From the NCBI GenBank assembly GCA_002269645.1, contig NIVC01003522.1:1-62772 (forward strand): a DNA stretch of 62,772 nt. Reading direction: 5' to 3'. Origin of the DNA: Macrostomum lignano (Eukaryota). The stretch's first letter is position 1, and each line of letters starts with the position of its first letter. Below, piece after piece: positions 21,205 to 44,337 of this stretch. The notes below the pieces were generated by a model, which was given only the letters and a program-made list of their open reading frames with translations, searched no databases and was not told the DNA's origin. The translations under genes were made by a program, and so were the position numbers.

Positions 21205-23885
21205 TCATTGCTCTGCCTCGTCAGCATCTTTGATTTTGTTATTGCCGAGGGCAGGTGGCGTCGCCTTGATGAGCTGCTTGAGCTGGGCGTGGTGCTCCCG
21301 GTAGAATCGAACTCCCGGCACCAGGCGGCTGATGTTGATCCGTTGAATGTGTTCTCTCTCCTTCAGAGAGTACCAGCCCAGGTGCATGAACCAGTGCACA
21401 GCCACTGTCCGCTCCGTGAAGTTGTCCTTCAGGCCGCCGAACTGCAGGTCCCGACAGCCGCGGTCCACCCAGAGCTCCCCGTCGTTTGCTGGTTCTGAAG
21501 CATTTTGTGCGATGACGTGCTGTGGCCATTGCTGCTCTCGCGAATCTCATTAAATTCCCCGGACTAATTTCCCCTTCTCACGGCCGAATCTCTCATTAAA
21601 TTCCCCACACTAATTTCCTTTCTCACGGCTGAATCTCTCATAAAATTCCCCACACTAATTTCCTTTCTCACGGCTGAATCTCTCATAAAATTCCCCACAC
21701 TAATTTCTCATTCTAATGGCCGAATCTCTCATAAAATTCCCCACACTAATTTCTCATTCTAATGGCCGAATCTCTCATAAAATTCCCCACACTAATTTCT
21801 CATTCTAATGGCCGAATCTCTCATAAAATTCCCCACACTAATTTCTCATTCTAATGGCCGAATCTCTCATTAAATTCCCCACACTAATTTCTCATTCTAA
21901 TGGCCGAATCTCTCATAAAATTCCCCACACTAATTTCCCTTCTCACGGCCGAATCTCTCATAAAATTCCCCACACTAATTTCTCATTCTAATGGCCGAAT
22001 CTCTCATTAATTTCCCCGCACTAATTTCCCTTCTCACGGCCGAATCTCTCATAAAATTCCCCACACTAATTTCTCTTCTCACGGTCGAATCTCTCATAAA
22101 ATTCCCCACACTAATTTCTCATTCTAATGGCCGAATCTCTCATTAAATTCCCCACACTAATTTCTCATTCTAATGGCCGAATCTCTCATAAAATTCCCCA
22201 CACTAATTTCCCTTCTCACGGCCGAATCTCTCATAAAATTCCCCACACTAATTTCTCTTCTCACGGTCGAATCTCTCATAAAATTCCCCACACTAATTTC
22301 TCATTCTAATGGCCGAATCTCTCATAAAATTCCCCTCACTAATTTCTCATTCTAATGGCCGAATCTCTCATTAAATTCCCCACACTAATTTCCATTTCTC
22401 ACGGCCGAATCTCTTCCTGCAGGCGTCCATGAGGATGTCGGCATTATCCACATGCGGCGAGAAAATGTCCGGGTCCATCAGCCGGACGCTGTCAGCCCAA
22501 TCCCGCTGGCTCCCCTGCGCCGTCCACTCGTCCAGAGCCTTCGTCAGCATCAGCGGGCCGGTGCTGAGCATCACGGCTGGAAGGCCACGCATCAGGTGGA
22601 AATTGCAGCTGCTTGCCAGCCACGGAAGCTTGGGGCTCCCCTGTGGCTGAGTTTCCGGTCTCACCCTGACTCGGGACAGGAGTTCCCCTGTGGCTGAGTT
22701 TCCGGTCTCACCCTGACTCGGGACAGGAGTTCCCCTGTGGCTGAGTTTCCGGTCTCACCCTGCTTAGACTCGGGACAGGAGTTCCCCTGTGGCTGAGTTT
22801 CCGGTCTCACCCTGCTTAGACTCGGGACAGGAGTTCCCCTGTGGCTGAGTTTCCGGTCTCACCCTGCTTAGACTCGGGACAGGAATTCCCATGTGACTGA
22901 GTTTCCGGTCTCACCCTGCTTAGACTCGGGACAGGAGTTCCCCTGTGACTGAGTTCTGGACTCACCCTGGTTGCTTGGAGACTCGGCCATGCGGCTGACG
23001 AGGTCCAGCATAAAGGGGTGGCCGGGCCGGCAGCCCATGACGGAGTTCATAGCGCTTCTCTCCTTGTTCCAGAAGATGTGGCTCTGAGCCGGGTTCTCCT
23101 GGTCCAGGAAGCAGGCCTCCTCGTCCAGGTCCGGGGAGAACGGCTTCATGCACTCAACGTCCAGGTCTGCATACAAACCTGAAGTTGGACAAGGTTGAGT
23201 GACCAGTGTGCAGATAAATTACTGTGGGTCACCTTTTTATTGCTTGACGACTGAGTTATAAAGCGTTAGGGCACAAAGCTACATCAGGCCCATCTCAATT
23301 GCATTGTCTAGCAAGGTTGAAGTGCAATATTGTAGCGATTTCCGCTAGTTTTGGCACATGCGGAATAGGTTAGTGAATCAGCTACCTCCAAACAGGTACA
23401 GGATGATGTAGCGGATCGAGTCGGACTTCTTCAGCCGATTGGTGTACTTGGCGTACTGGGTGCGGTAGAAGTCGGGAAAGAACTCCTTGATGAGCAGCTC
23501 AGCGTCCTTGTCCCGCCACAGAATGTAGGTCCAGTTCGGGTTGAGCCGCCGGCAGGACTCGATGGCGAAGGAGTACTCCGCGAAGACCAGCTCAGACTCG
23601 CCCACCTGATGCAGAATCCGAGGGATCAGCCGAGGTCGCGGCCGGTCTCGGGATACGCTGCACCGGTGTAGCAGAGCCACCTGGTTGGGTTGGAATTGAG
23701 GGACAAGCCCTGAAAGAATTCTGTAGTGATGCTCAACCCGAGTTCCAGGTGCTCAGCTCGGATTTGAGGACTTTTTGATTCGAGTATTTGATTCAGTAGC
23801 AATTCAAATTTCAGACCAGCTCACTCACCGCCATGAGAAGGCAGAGAAGCAGACTCAAGACGCGCCAATTCTTCCTTCTGCTCAT
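21205..23885 (-). CDS. DXD-motif glycosyltransferase (Gly_transf_sug / SUR1-OCH1-like), type II membrane protein, 5 exons, ~342 aa
   Basis: Exons 23885-23829, 23680-23386, 23178-22966, 22576-22403, 21494-21205 (1029 nt, all phases match; the exon 5 acceptor is the best of several in-phase AGs). Motifs: N-terminal signal anchor, IPRILHQ, SDSIRYIILYLFGGLYADLD, GHPF, VMLSTGP, VAVHWF. Confidence 0.85.
21542..22412. repeat. 46-bp minisatellite filling glycosyltransferase intron 4; unit overlaps the exon 4 donor
   Basis: Minus unit GAGAGATTCGGCC(GTGAGA/ATTAGA)...GGGGAATTTTAT; the first unit contains the exon end and GT donor. Confidence 0.93.
22640..22975. repeat. 47/52-bp minisatellite in glycosyltransferase intron 3, beginning at the exon 3 donor
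   Basis: Minus unit CAGG|GTGAGACCGGAAACTCAGCCACAGGGGAACTCCTGTCCCGAGTC(TAAG), ~6 units. Confidence 0.92.
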
Positions 23886-23930
23886 TGCTGCTTCAAGTCA
23901 AGCAGTTTGAGCTGAACAGCAAGGAACGCG

Positions 23931-23938
23931 CTTATATA
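23931..23938 (-). promoter_or_regulatory. Candidate TATA box of the glycosyltransferase gene
   Basis: Minus strand TATATAAG about 46 nt upstream of ATG 23885. Confidence 0.4.
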
Positions 23939-24689
23939 GGGACGGGCTGCTCTGCAGGTAGGCAAACTCAATGTCAAATTAAAGGACATTTAAAATTGAG
24001 CAGAGCGAGCTGAGTCAACACTGAGCGCTCCGCGGCCCGCAGAGGTTTGCTCAGCCGGTGCAGCGGTTGGTCAGCCACAACTGACGCCAGTCCTAATGGA
24101 GTCGCAAGCCAACCCGGAGGCTCTTAATCTGCTCAGTGAATCCTGTGCTGCAGCTGGTCCTGCAGAGCCAGAAAGCAGTCTCGCGTTCATTACAAATTTG
24201 ACTTTCTTTAAGCCAGCCCAAATTATTCACTCATTCGAAGTGTTCATCATTTCACTGCAGCAGTGCTATTTGCATTTGCAGGGTGCGAGTGCTGGTGAGT
24301 CTGCAAAATTTCCTTTTCACACATTCACGCATCAGGCAATGCATTGCTTGCTAAAAGTACACGTAGAACTTTGCGATTGCGATTCACAGTGATCCACCCG
24401 CAACTCAAGAGCTATTAATACCTGCTCACTGCATGCGCACTTCCCCCGTTAAGCAGCACTCAGACAGTGGGCGTGCTATAAGTATCGCAAAGTCTCTGGA
24501 AAACAGTTATGGTATTATGGTATTATGGACGAAGTAGCAGCAGCATTTAATTTTGGTCCAACAATTGCATCAATTTGGTCGAAATTAAAAATCTTAATCT
24601 CTCAACCAAAGCGCGGCTGTCTGTGGCCAAAGCTCTCTCAACCTGTTCGAGTCCATTGGCACAAGGCCAGACAAAACAAAGTAAGTAGA

Positions 24690-25437
24690 AGATAATGCAT
24701 GGCTTTTAGGGCTGTATTATCCTAAATAACGGAGTAATTTAAGATATTTATAGTAACGGAGCTTTTGTCTATGGTAGCAACGCTGGCACAGCGGCAGTTA
24801 TTTGGTCCAGACGCTCGTGAGTCATTCGGCAAATTGTTCTCGCAACTGTCTGCAGGTTGTTGCGTACCGCTGGAATTTCAGCGTCTTTACCAACAATTTT
24901 CAGTCGCCTTTCCAGAGCTCTGCTGATAGTCTAAATCTGATAACTAACTGGAACTATTGCTTCAACTTCTGCTGCATTTCTGCAATATCAACAAAGGGTT
25001 CGTTTCAACTGCATCGAGTAGCAGTTGGACCTGAGGCTCTTGAGCAACTTGCCTTGGCGATTGCCTCCCTTCCTCACGCAATCTCTGCCGGCGGAGTTTC
25101 AACGCGCTGATGGATGCTGTAAACCATCTTTTCTTTTACATTCAGCAACCTTGCAATGTCATTTGGGTGTTCACCTCTGTCGAACGTTTCGATCACAAGC
25201 CAATGGCATTCGTTTGACAGCCCAGCACATGGTCCACAATTCTGGGGCTGAGCTTGCTCCTTAGCAGCAGTTGCAAATGAAGCTATATGGACCAAATTGA
25301 TGCTTGTTGGACCAAATAAAATGCAAGCCTTGCTACCATGGACAAAAGCTCTGTTGCATAGGCAATCTTGAATATCTTGGATTAAATTCAATGCGAGTAA
25401 GCCCGAATGGTCTGCAAAAAGCTATACCATTAATCAC
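24690..25437 (-). mobile_element. Degraded, internally deleted Tc1/mariner(IS630)-like DNA transposon remnant
   Basis: Diverged inverted repeats (GAGCTTTTGTCTATGGTAGCAA 24759-24780 vs TTGCTACCATGGACAAAAGCTC 25330-25351; 24543-24580 vs 25290-25324) around broken minus-strand HTH-like peptides (...DIARLLNVKEKMVYSI..., ...TISRALERRLK...PAVRNN). No DDE domain seen. Confidence 0.5.
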
Positions 25438-25878
25438 ACATTAATATCGCATAGCAATTATGACAGCTATCACAGATTGGTTAATCAGTGCTCAGAAGAT
25501 TTATTTTTTACGAGTAAAACAATAAGCAAACAGACTTGGTGTTGTTCATGCGATAAGGCCTATACTAAAGTACAGATTGGCAGACTGCCAATATGATTTC
25601 ATACCAATCATAGAACAGAGACGAAGAGAAGAAAAAGCTGAAGAACAAGGGCGTTCCGCTGAACATCGCCCATGATGGGCCTGCAGCCAAGCAAAATTGC
25701 TAGAAGCATTCAAAGAAGATTTCACAGATTTCACACTTTGCGTGGCAAACCTGCCCCAGAATGGCTTCTGTTAAGTGATCACTGAAACTCTCAGGTAAAA
25801 AGCGCTGCTGATCAGCGGAAAGCTACAAGCAGTCAGTCATGTACAGAGGAATTCGGAGAAGCTGCGGCAGCCAGCAGC

Positions 25879-36984
<11,106 letters not shown>

Positions 36985-37588
36985 TCAGTTATTTTTGGAG
37001 TGCAGCCACAAGTTGCCTCTTTTGTATTAATATTGAAAATTTTGGTGAATTCAAAGGCAGTAGCTATTATTAAAGCCATTAAATATGCATAGGCCTAGGA
37101 CTTTATTTATATATTAGTAAAAAAGTAGCAGTCACAAATAAATCTGTTTGTTTGACCTATTCTGAAAATATTACAGCAAACAATTTCTTTTATTTAAATT
37201 TATACCTTGATTAGATAAGATCATTTTTAATATATAGGATTTTTAACAAAATATATCATATTGTTTCAATTTAGTAAGACCTATTCATATATAATATAAA
37301 AGTACAATTATTATAACTAACACCTTTTGCTAAGAAAAAATTATCACAATTTTATACAAGCATATAATAATATATAAGGAAATACAATATAACTATGACT
37401 TATATTATTTATAGAGCCTAGAAAATAAATTTGGGACCAAAAACTACAATCTATAACTTCTAGGTTAGTAAACTAGAACTAAAAAGATATTCTAATTTAG
37501 ATACTTTCCTTGGAGAATCGACTAGTCTAACAGGTTATCATAGGAGGCCTATGATAGCTATAGGGGCTATAAGGCCTATAGTTAGAGG

Positions 37589-37741
37589 CAGTGGTGCAAC
37601 AAGAAAATTATTTTGAGGGAGGGCATTTAGCACCTAGAGGAGGGGGTATAGGAGGGCTGGGTTTTTTCTATGGAATTTCAGGGGGAGGGGCAATTTTTCC
37701 TCTGGAATTTGGGGGGGGGGGGGGGCCTGGCTGCGCCACTG
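37589..37741. mobile_element. Small MITE-like element (possibly hAT-type)
   Basis: TIR CAGTGGTGCAAC ... GCTGCGCCACTG (10/12); flanks GTTAGAGG / GTTAGGGA (6/8, possible decayed 8-bp TSD); G-rich interior in AT-rich DNA. Confidence 0.45.
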
Positions 37742-39229
37742 GTTAGGGAGCCTTAGTTTGGTCTAACATATACATTATAATATATTTTGTTAAATCCTAC
37801 ATAACCATTTCATACCCAGACATAACATAACAGTTTCAGACTCTGGGTCCTAACTAAAGCAAGATACCAAATAGTAGCTCATGTTATATTGGCAGATAAG
37901 TAGATTTGCTTTGATTTGATAATTTTTGACAATGCAATACAAATAATGCAAAAGAAATATAATATGAATGAAAATACATAAAAAACAACCACTGACATTA
38001 AAATTATTAATACTATCAAGCCTTGAATTATTTTTAAAGAGCATATAAATCAACGAACCTTTTAAGATAACGCGCATCGCTGTCGGGGTTCATTTTGATT
38101 TGTTTCGACTAACTAAAGCTCTCACAAATTAGCACACCACCAAGTGAGGTACATCGCATAAGCAACGCCGTCAAAAAATGAATGCTGTTTAAATTAGGAC
38201 CTAGTAGGGATCAGCGCTCAAGTGTATTTATTCATATTAAAACAAATGAAATGTAGCAAATAAAATGTATTCGATAAAATTACTAAAAAATGTCACGTTA
38301 AATTGTTAACTGACAACAGTTTGACTAAAATAACAAACTCATATTTCGCTAAGTCAACCTGAGAGCTAAAAATGCTTACAACTATAATTCAAGTAGTTTG
38401 TTTATTTATTTTTAAAAATAAAGCTGTCACATTAGTGTTACGTTGTATACAGTTAAAATTTTTTAAAGAAAAAGTCTAGAAACAAAAATTTTAAATTAGT
38501 CGAAATTACCCAAGTGTTGCACCGAATGAACTCGTCTAGACGGCTTACTCATGTTTCGAGTCAAGGAAGGGCTTTGGTTTAAATTTTTTACAAATTCTGA
38601 TCGTACATCGTAACCAACAGAGAGGCCTAGATGGAGAAAAACATTGTTTATGCATGAGAAGATTCATGACTCATGTTATTAAATTTACTAAGCTAAATAA
38701 TATATTTAGTTTAACCCTATTATTGTTCTTAAAGTTAATATAGTTTATGCAATTTTGGTGATTTAGGGTTTCCATGTTCATTTTAATTTTTATTGGCTAA
38801 TATTTTCTTCAAATACTAAATTGTTTATTGTTTTTTTGAAATATATAAATTATATGAAATATATATAAATATTTGTCCTTTGTCACATTATATAAAATTA
38901 TAACATTATCAAACATGAGGTAAAATTCTAGAGGCAAGCTATCATAAGGGATGCTAGTAGTAGGATGTTTTAAGGGATATTGGCAAATGTCAAGAGATAT
39001 CACTAAGGTACCATGAGGATATAGCCAGGGGGTCAAAGGATGCCAGCAAGTTTTTATAATTGGAGCTAGTAGGATGTTAGCAAGATATTAAAAAAAACAT
39101 TATTGGGTGTCATCAAGGTGGTTAGCAAGTTAATATGATTTATTTATAAGATCTATATAGCTATAAAGCTCTAGATATCTAAGCAATAATATATGATATC
39201 AGGGGGTTTCTAGCAGGATACTAGTATAC

Positions 39230-41630
39230 TAGTAGGATGTCATAAGGGATGCCAGCAGGATGTCATGAAGAATGCCAGCATGATATCATGAGGGATGTCA
39301 ACAAGATATCATGAGGGATGCCAGCAGGGTATTATACATATAAGGGATGTCAGTAGGATGTCATGAGGAATACCAGTAGGATGTCATAAGGAATGCCAGC
39401 AGGATGCCATGAGCAATAAGGAATGCCAGCAGGATGTCATGAGCAATAAGAAATGCCAGCATGATGTCATGAGCGATAAGGAATGCCAGCAGCATGATGT
39501 CATGAGCGATAAGAAATGCCAGCAGCAGGATGTCATGAGGAATGCCAGCATGATATCATGAGGGATGCCAGCAGGATGTCATGAGCGATAAGGAATGCCA
39601 GCAGCAGGATGTCATGAGGAATGCCAGCAGGATGTCATGAAGGATGCCAGCAGGATATCATGAGGGATGCCAGCAGCAGGATATCATGAGGAATGCCAGC
39701 AGCAGGATATCATGAGGAATGCCAGCAGCAGGATATCATGAGGGATGCCAGCAGCAGGATTTCATGAGGAATGCCAGCATGATATCATGAGGGATGCCAG
39801 CAGGATGTCATGAGCGATAAGGAATGCCAGCAGCAGGATGTCATGAGGAATGCCAGCAGGATGTCATGAAGGATGCCAGCAGGATATCATGAGGAATGCC
39901 AGCATGATATGAGGGATGCCAGTAGGATATCATAAGGAATGCCAGCATGATACCATGAGGAATGCCAGCAGGATGTCATGAAGGATGCCAGCAGGATATC
40001 ATGAGGAATGCCAGCATGATATGAGGGATGCCAGTAGGATATCATAAGGAATGCCAGCATGATACCATGAGGAATGCCAGCATGATATAATGAGGAATGC
40101 CAGCATGATATCATGAGGAATGCCAGTAGGATGTCATGAGGGATGCCAGCAGGATGTCATGAGCGATAAGGAATGCCAGCAGCAGGATGTCATGAGGAAT
40201 GCCAGCATGATATGAGGGATGCCAGTAGGATATCATGAGGGATGCCAGCAGCAGGATATCATGAGGAATGCCAGCAGGATGTCATGAAGGATGCCAGCAG
40301 GATATCATGAGGGATGCCAGCAGCAGGATATCATGAGGGATGCCAGCAGCAGGATATCATGAGGGATGCCAGCAGCAGGATATCATGAGGAATGCCAGCA
40401 TGATATCATGAGGGATGCTAGCAGGATGTCATGAGGAATGCCAGTAGGATGTCATGAGGGATGCCAGCAGGATGTCATGAGCGATAAGGAATGCCAGCAG
40501 CAGGATGTCATGAGGAATGCCAGCATGATATGAGGGATGCCAGTAGGATATCATGAGGGATGCCAGCAGCAGGATATCATGAGGAATGCCAGCAGGATGT
40601 CATGAAGGATGCCAGCAGGATATCATGAGGAATGCCAGCATGATATGAGGGATGCCAGTAGGATATCATAAGGAATGCCAGCATGATACCATGAGGAATG
40701 CCAGCATGATATCATGAGGAATGCCAGCATGATATCATGAGGAATGCCAGTAGGATGTCATGAGGGATGCCAGCAGGATGTCATGAGCGATAAGGAATGC
40801 CAGCAGCAGGATGTCATGAGGAATGCCAGCATGATATGAAGGATGCCAGTAGGATATCATGAGGGATGCCAGCAGCAGGATATCATGAGGAATGCCAGCA
40901 GGATGTCATGAAGGATGCCAGCAGGATATCATGAGGGATGCCAGCAGCAGGATATCATGAGGGATGCCAGCAGCAGGATATCATGAGGGATGCCAGCAGC
41001 AGGATATCATGAGGAATGCCAGCAGCAGGATATCATGAGGAATGCCAGCAGGATGTCATGAGGAATGCCAGCATGATATCATGAGGAATGCCAGCATGAT
41101 ATCATGAGGAATGCCAGCATGATATCATGAGGGATGCCAGCAGGATATCATGAGGGATGCCAGCAGCAGGATATCATGAGGGATGCCAGCAGCAGGATAT
41201 CATGAGGGATGCCAGCAGCAGGATATCATGAGGAATGCCAGCAGCAGGATATCATGAGGAATGCCAGCAGGATGTCATGAGGAATGCCAGCATGATATCA
41301 TGAGGAATGCCAGCAGCAGGATATCATGAGGGATGCCAGCAGCAGGATATCATGAGGGATGCCAGCAGCAGGATATCATGAGGAATGCCAGCAGCAGGAT
41401 ATCATGAGGAATGCCAGCAGGATGTCATGAGGAATGCCAGCATGATATCATGAGGAATGCCAGCATGATATCATGAGGAATGCCAGCATGATATCATGAG
41501 GAATGCCAGCATGATATCATGAGGAATGCCAGCATGATATCATGAGGAATGCCAGCATGATATCATGAGGAATGCCAGTAGGATGTCATGAGGGATGCCA
41601 GCAATATATATAATGAGGGATGTTAGCAGG
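39230..41630. repeat. ~20-26-bp minisatellite, ~2.4 kb, more degenerate at the edges
   Basis: CATGAGGAATGCCAGC(AGC)AGGATAT / ATGATAT variants. Confidence 0.95.
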
Positions 41631-42281
41631 GTGTAAGGGTGACATGGTTTGTCTGAACGTACATCAGAATTTAAATTATATCGACTTGTTTCTAAGGGAC
41701 AAACGCTATACCCTGTAGCCTATCAAAACTGCCACAATTGAAAGTTTAAGCATGGTTTCTCATATGCATGGTGCCTAGAATCATTGGACTTTATTTGGAG
41801 TTGCATCTTCTATTTTATATCACTAACAGTATAGTTGACTTGTTGAAGCATTAAGCAATTATCATCTATACTCAACAATAACAGTCAAGGAAATAATGGG
41901 TGTCTCACTCACCAAGCTGCTTAGATCGATTAATATTGAATAATAGGAAATTTTTGCACTTAACACCAGACCAGTTGTATAGTTAAATTTTAGGCTTGCC
42001 AAGGCTTTTGCCTCCAGTTCCCATGGATGAATAATCCATGCCAGTTCCACTTTGGCCATAGACAGTTTGCCTCTCCCCGCACATGCTAATTTGTTGTCTC
42101 TTGTGCCATAGACAATTGGTCTTCCAAACCCACCCTATCGATCAGTCTGAAATGTGTTGCTTGTTAAGCCGGTTTTGTACGAGTACTAACTAGCTTTATC
42201 AATTCAGGCGTTGCTTATCAAACTTGACTCACCACGGCAAAGCTTTGAGCAGAATGAAATGTCTGTTGCAGTAACATACAT

Positions 42282-42437
42282 GCGCAACCTTGGGAATCAC
42301 TCGGCCGTTTCTATTGGCGACACACGCATGTAAGTCGCTATTGGCTGAGAGCAGTCACGTGACTACTATTCCGTCCAATAGCGACTTACATGTGTGTGTT
42401 GCCAATAGAGGCGGCCGGGTGAATCCCTAGGTTGCGC
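42282..42437. other. 156-bp imperfect palindrome (63-bp arms, 56/63) with central AGTCACGTGACT
   Basis: Arms 42282-42344 and 42375-42437; five of seven mismatches are G-U compatible on the plus strand. Confidence 0.85.
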
Positions 42438-43525
42438 CCAAGCATGTGCAGTAACCAAGTCCTTGTTGCTACTCCAATTCTGTGTGCAAGTCAGAAAGTC
42501 GGTCTCCCGTGAGGTCGGCATTGGGGATCGCTTTCATAGCCTCGAAATGTCACATTTGCTTAATCGACAGTCAACTAGTCTTGCTAAGTAACTTCCGCCA
42601 GCTCACAACTTCGCGATTGCGACAATGCAAAGTTTTGGGTTTGTGGAAGATCCCGACTTCCTTTGATGTGAATTTCAAAATCGCGAAGCGTTGGGCAATT
42701 GGGTCGGTGGGTCAATTGCTGAACCCCCGGGCTGGAGCGCTGGAAGCAACAGGATGGATTGAAATATCTAAAGTATAATTGTTAAGCAGTTGATGGGGCG
42801 CATTGGGATCATTTATTTCTGTCTCTCGATAGTTTATTTATGATCTTGGCAGGCTTGATAATGGCTTTTGACTGAATGCGATTTCTGGTATAATAAATGC
42901 ATCAAGGATGGCATTGTTGGCTTATTGCCTTGCACGTGCAGCAGTGGCCTGCTCTGCTGCTTTTGGTGGCCGCAAAGTCCGCAATGCTCAAATGCACTGT
43001 GCTGCTTGGACTCTGCATTGTTCCATGCCACTGAGGCCCTGAGCCCCCGGAAGGGAGGCTGCAGAAATCGCAGGCGGGCACTGAATAAGCGGGGTTGTGG
43101 GGGGGGGGCAGACTAAGCTGCAGCCTTGCGCTGTGAACGGCCTGTCAGACTGGCTGGCTTATCCCATAGCCTGTGCGCACTCGCCCGCTCCGCCCCTTAA
43201 CCCCCCTCTCCCGCTGTGCACGCTTGTTCCCTGCCGCTCTTCGCGCACTGCTTCCCCAAGAAATGAGACGGGGGGAAGAAAATTGGGCCAGACAGGCCGG
43301 GTGTTCGCAGTGACCCTCCTTGCACTTTTGCCCCTCACGCTCATCCTGCTGCAGGGGGGCTCGCTAGCATGTTCCGGCTGCACTACTTGTGCAAGCGTGC
43401 GTACTGAGAGTTCCCCAGTATTCAAGGCTTGCTGAGCCCCCTGTGTTGCGGGAATTTTTTATCATAATTCATAAGTACTTCAGTCAGCCAGATATCTGAC
43501 AAAACCAAATGCTTTCGGATGCCAG

Positions 43526-43546
43526 CCAATTAGTCAGCGTCACGTG
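43526..43546 (+). promoter_or_regulatory. CCAAT-N10-CACGTG (NF-Y/E-box-like) motif between divergent KAP3 and proline-rich gene
   Basis: CCAATTAGTCAGCGTCACGTG; function is inferred only from motif and position. Confidence 0.3.
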
Positions 43547-44337
43547 ACCCACTAATTTTCAACCAGCCGTTGAAAAGACTGCACATTGGGCCTTCCCAAA
43601 GTAAACATTGGAATTAGTTTATTACGACAAACTTAAAGTTGACTGGCTGAGCTCAAGGCGTTCGACTCGGGCGCTGCGAGAACGGGTGTTGCGGGTGAGA
43701 GCGCCTTCGCCCATGGCAGGCCCTGCCGCCCGCACGTAGAGCCGAGCCAGTGCTTTCTGCTCACTTAAGACGCATTATGCCTGCCTGCTTTCTCTCCGAG
43801 AGTTCGCTTGCTTCTCTCGGGTGTCTCGGCCCGCAACAATGCCGCGACACGAGTTCGGACTGAGCCCCACCAACCCCTGACTCGGAGTCCGAGCTGATAA
43901 GCGGCCTTGCCTTGCCCTCCTCTCTCCATTATTTTAAACGCCCTGGACCTCGTCAACTGCCTGCCCGAACCCCAGCCCAGTGTGCTGCTTCTCCGCTCTG
44001 CTTTCATATCGGAGAAGGCTCTCATTCCCGTGCGCGTTTGAGTTCGGCTCTGTCTTACCTGAGGTTCCCTGCCCAATTCTTCTATACTTATGCTCGAGCT
44101 CGAGAATTCGTACCGCGCTTCTACTCTGGCGTTGAGCAGCTCTCTTCTTGCGAGTCACGGCTTTTGGCCTTTCCGTTCGCAAACACCGGATCTCCGCTCT
44201 CTCAGACTACCTGCGCTGCCTCGCTTCTCCGTCCATCGCGCTTTCCTCGAAAGGTCGTTGCCGCGGCAGAGCAGCTCGTCGCAGTTGGCGGTGCCCCGCT
44301 CGGCTCTGCCTCCCGCATCTCCAGCCACAGCTGCGCC

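Noticed and set aside
22638-22646. CACAG at 22641 as the acceptor of glycosyltransferase exon 4
   Set aside because: Phase 0 versus a phase 1 donor; ccttccAG at 22577 restores frame and family-typical spacing (SNQAVMLSTGP).
41862-43435. Short ORFs (e.g. 42834-43031 with HCGLCGH) as a gene or transposase
   Set aside because: No coherent exon chain or diagnostic domain; cannot support.
43912-44337. N-terminal extension of the 464-aa ORF
   Set aside because: Starts at a non-ATG codon with non-coding-like composition; ATG 44338 follows an acceptor and marks the shift to coding-like sequence.
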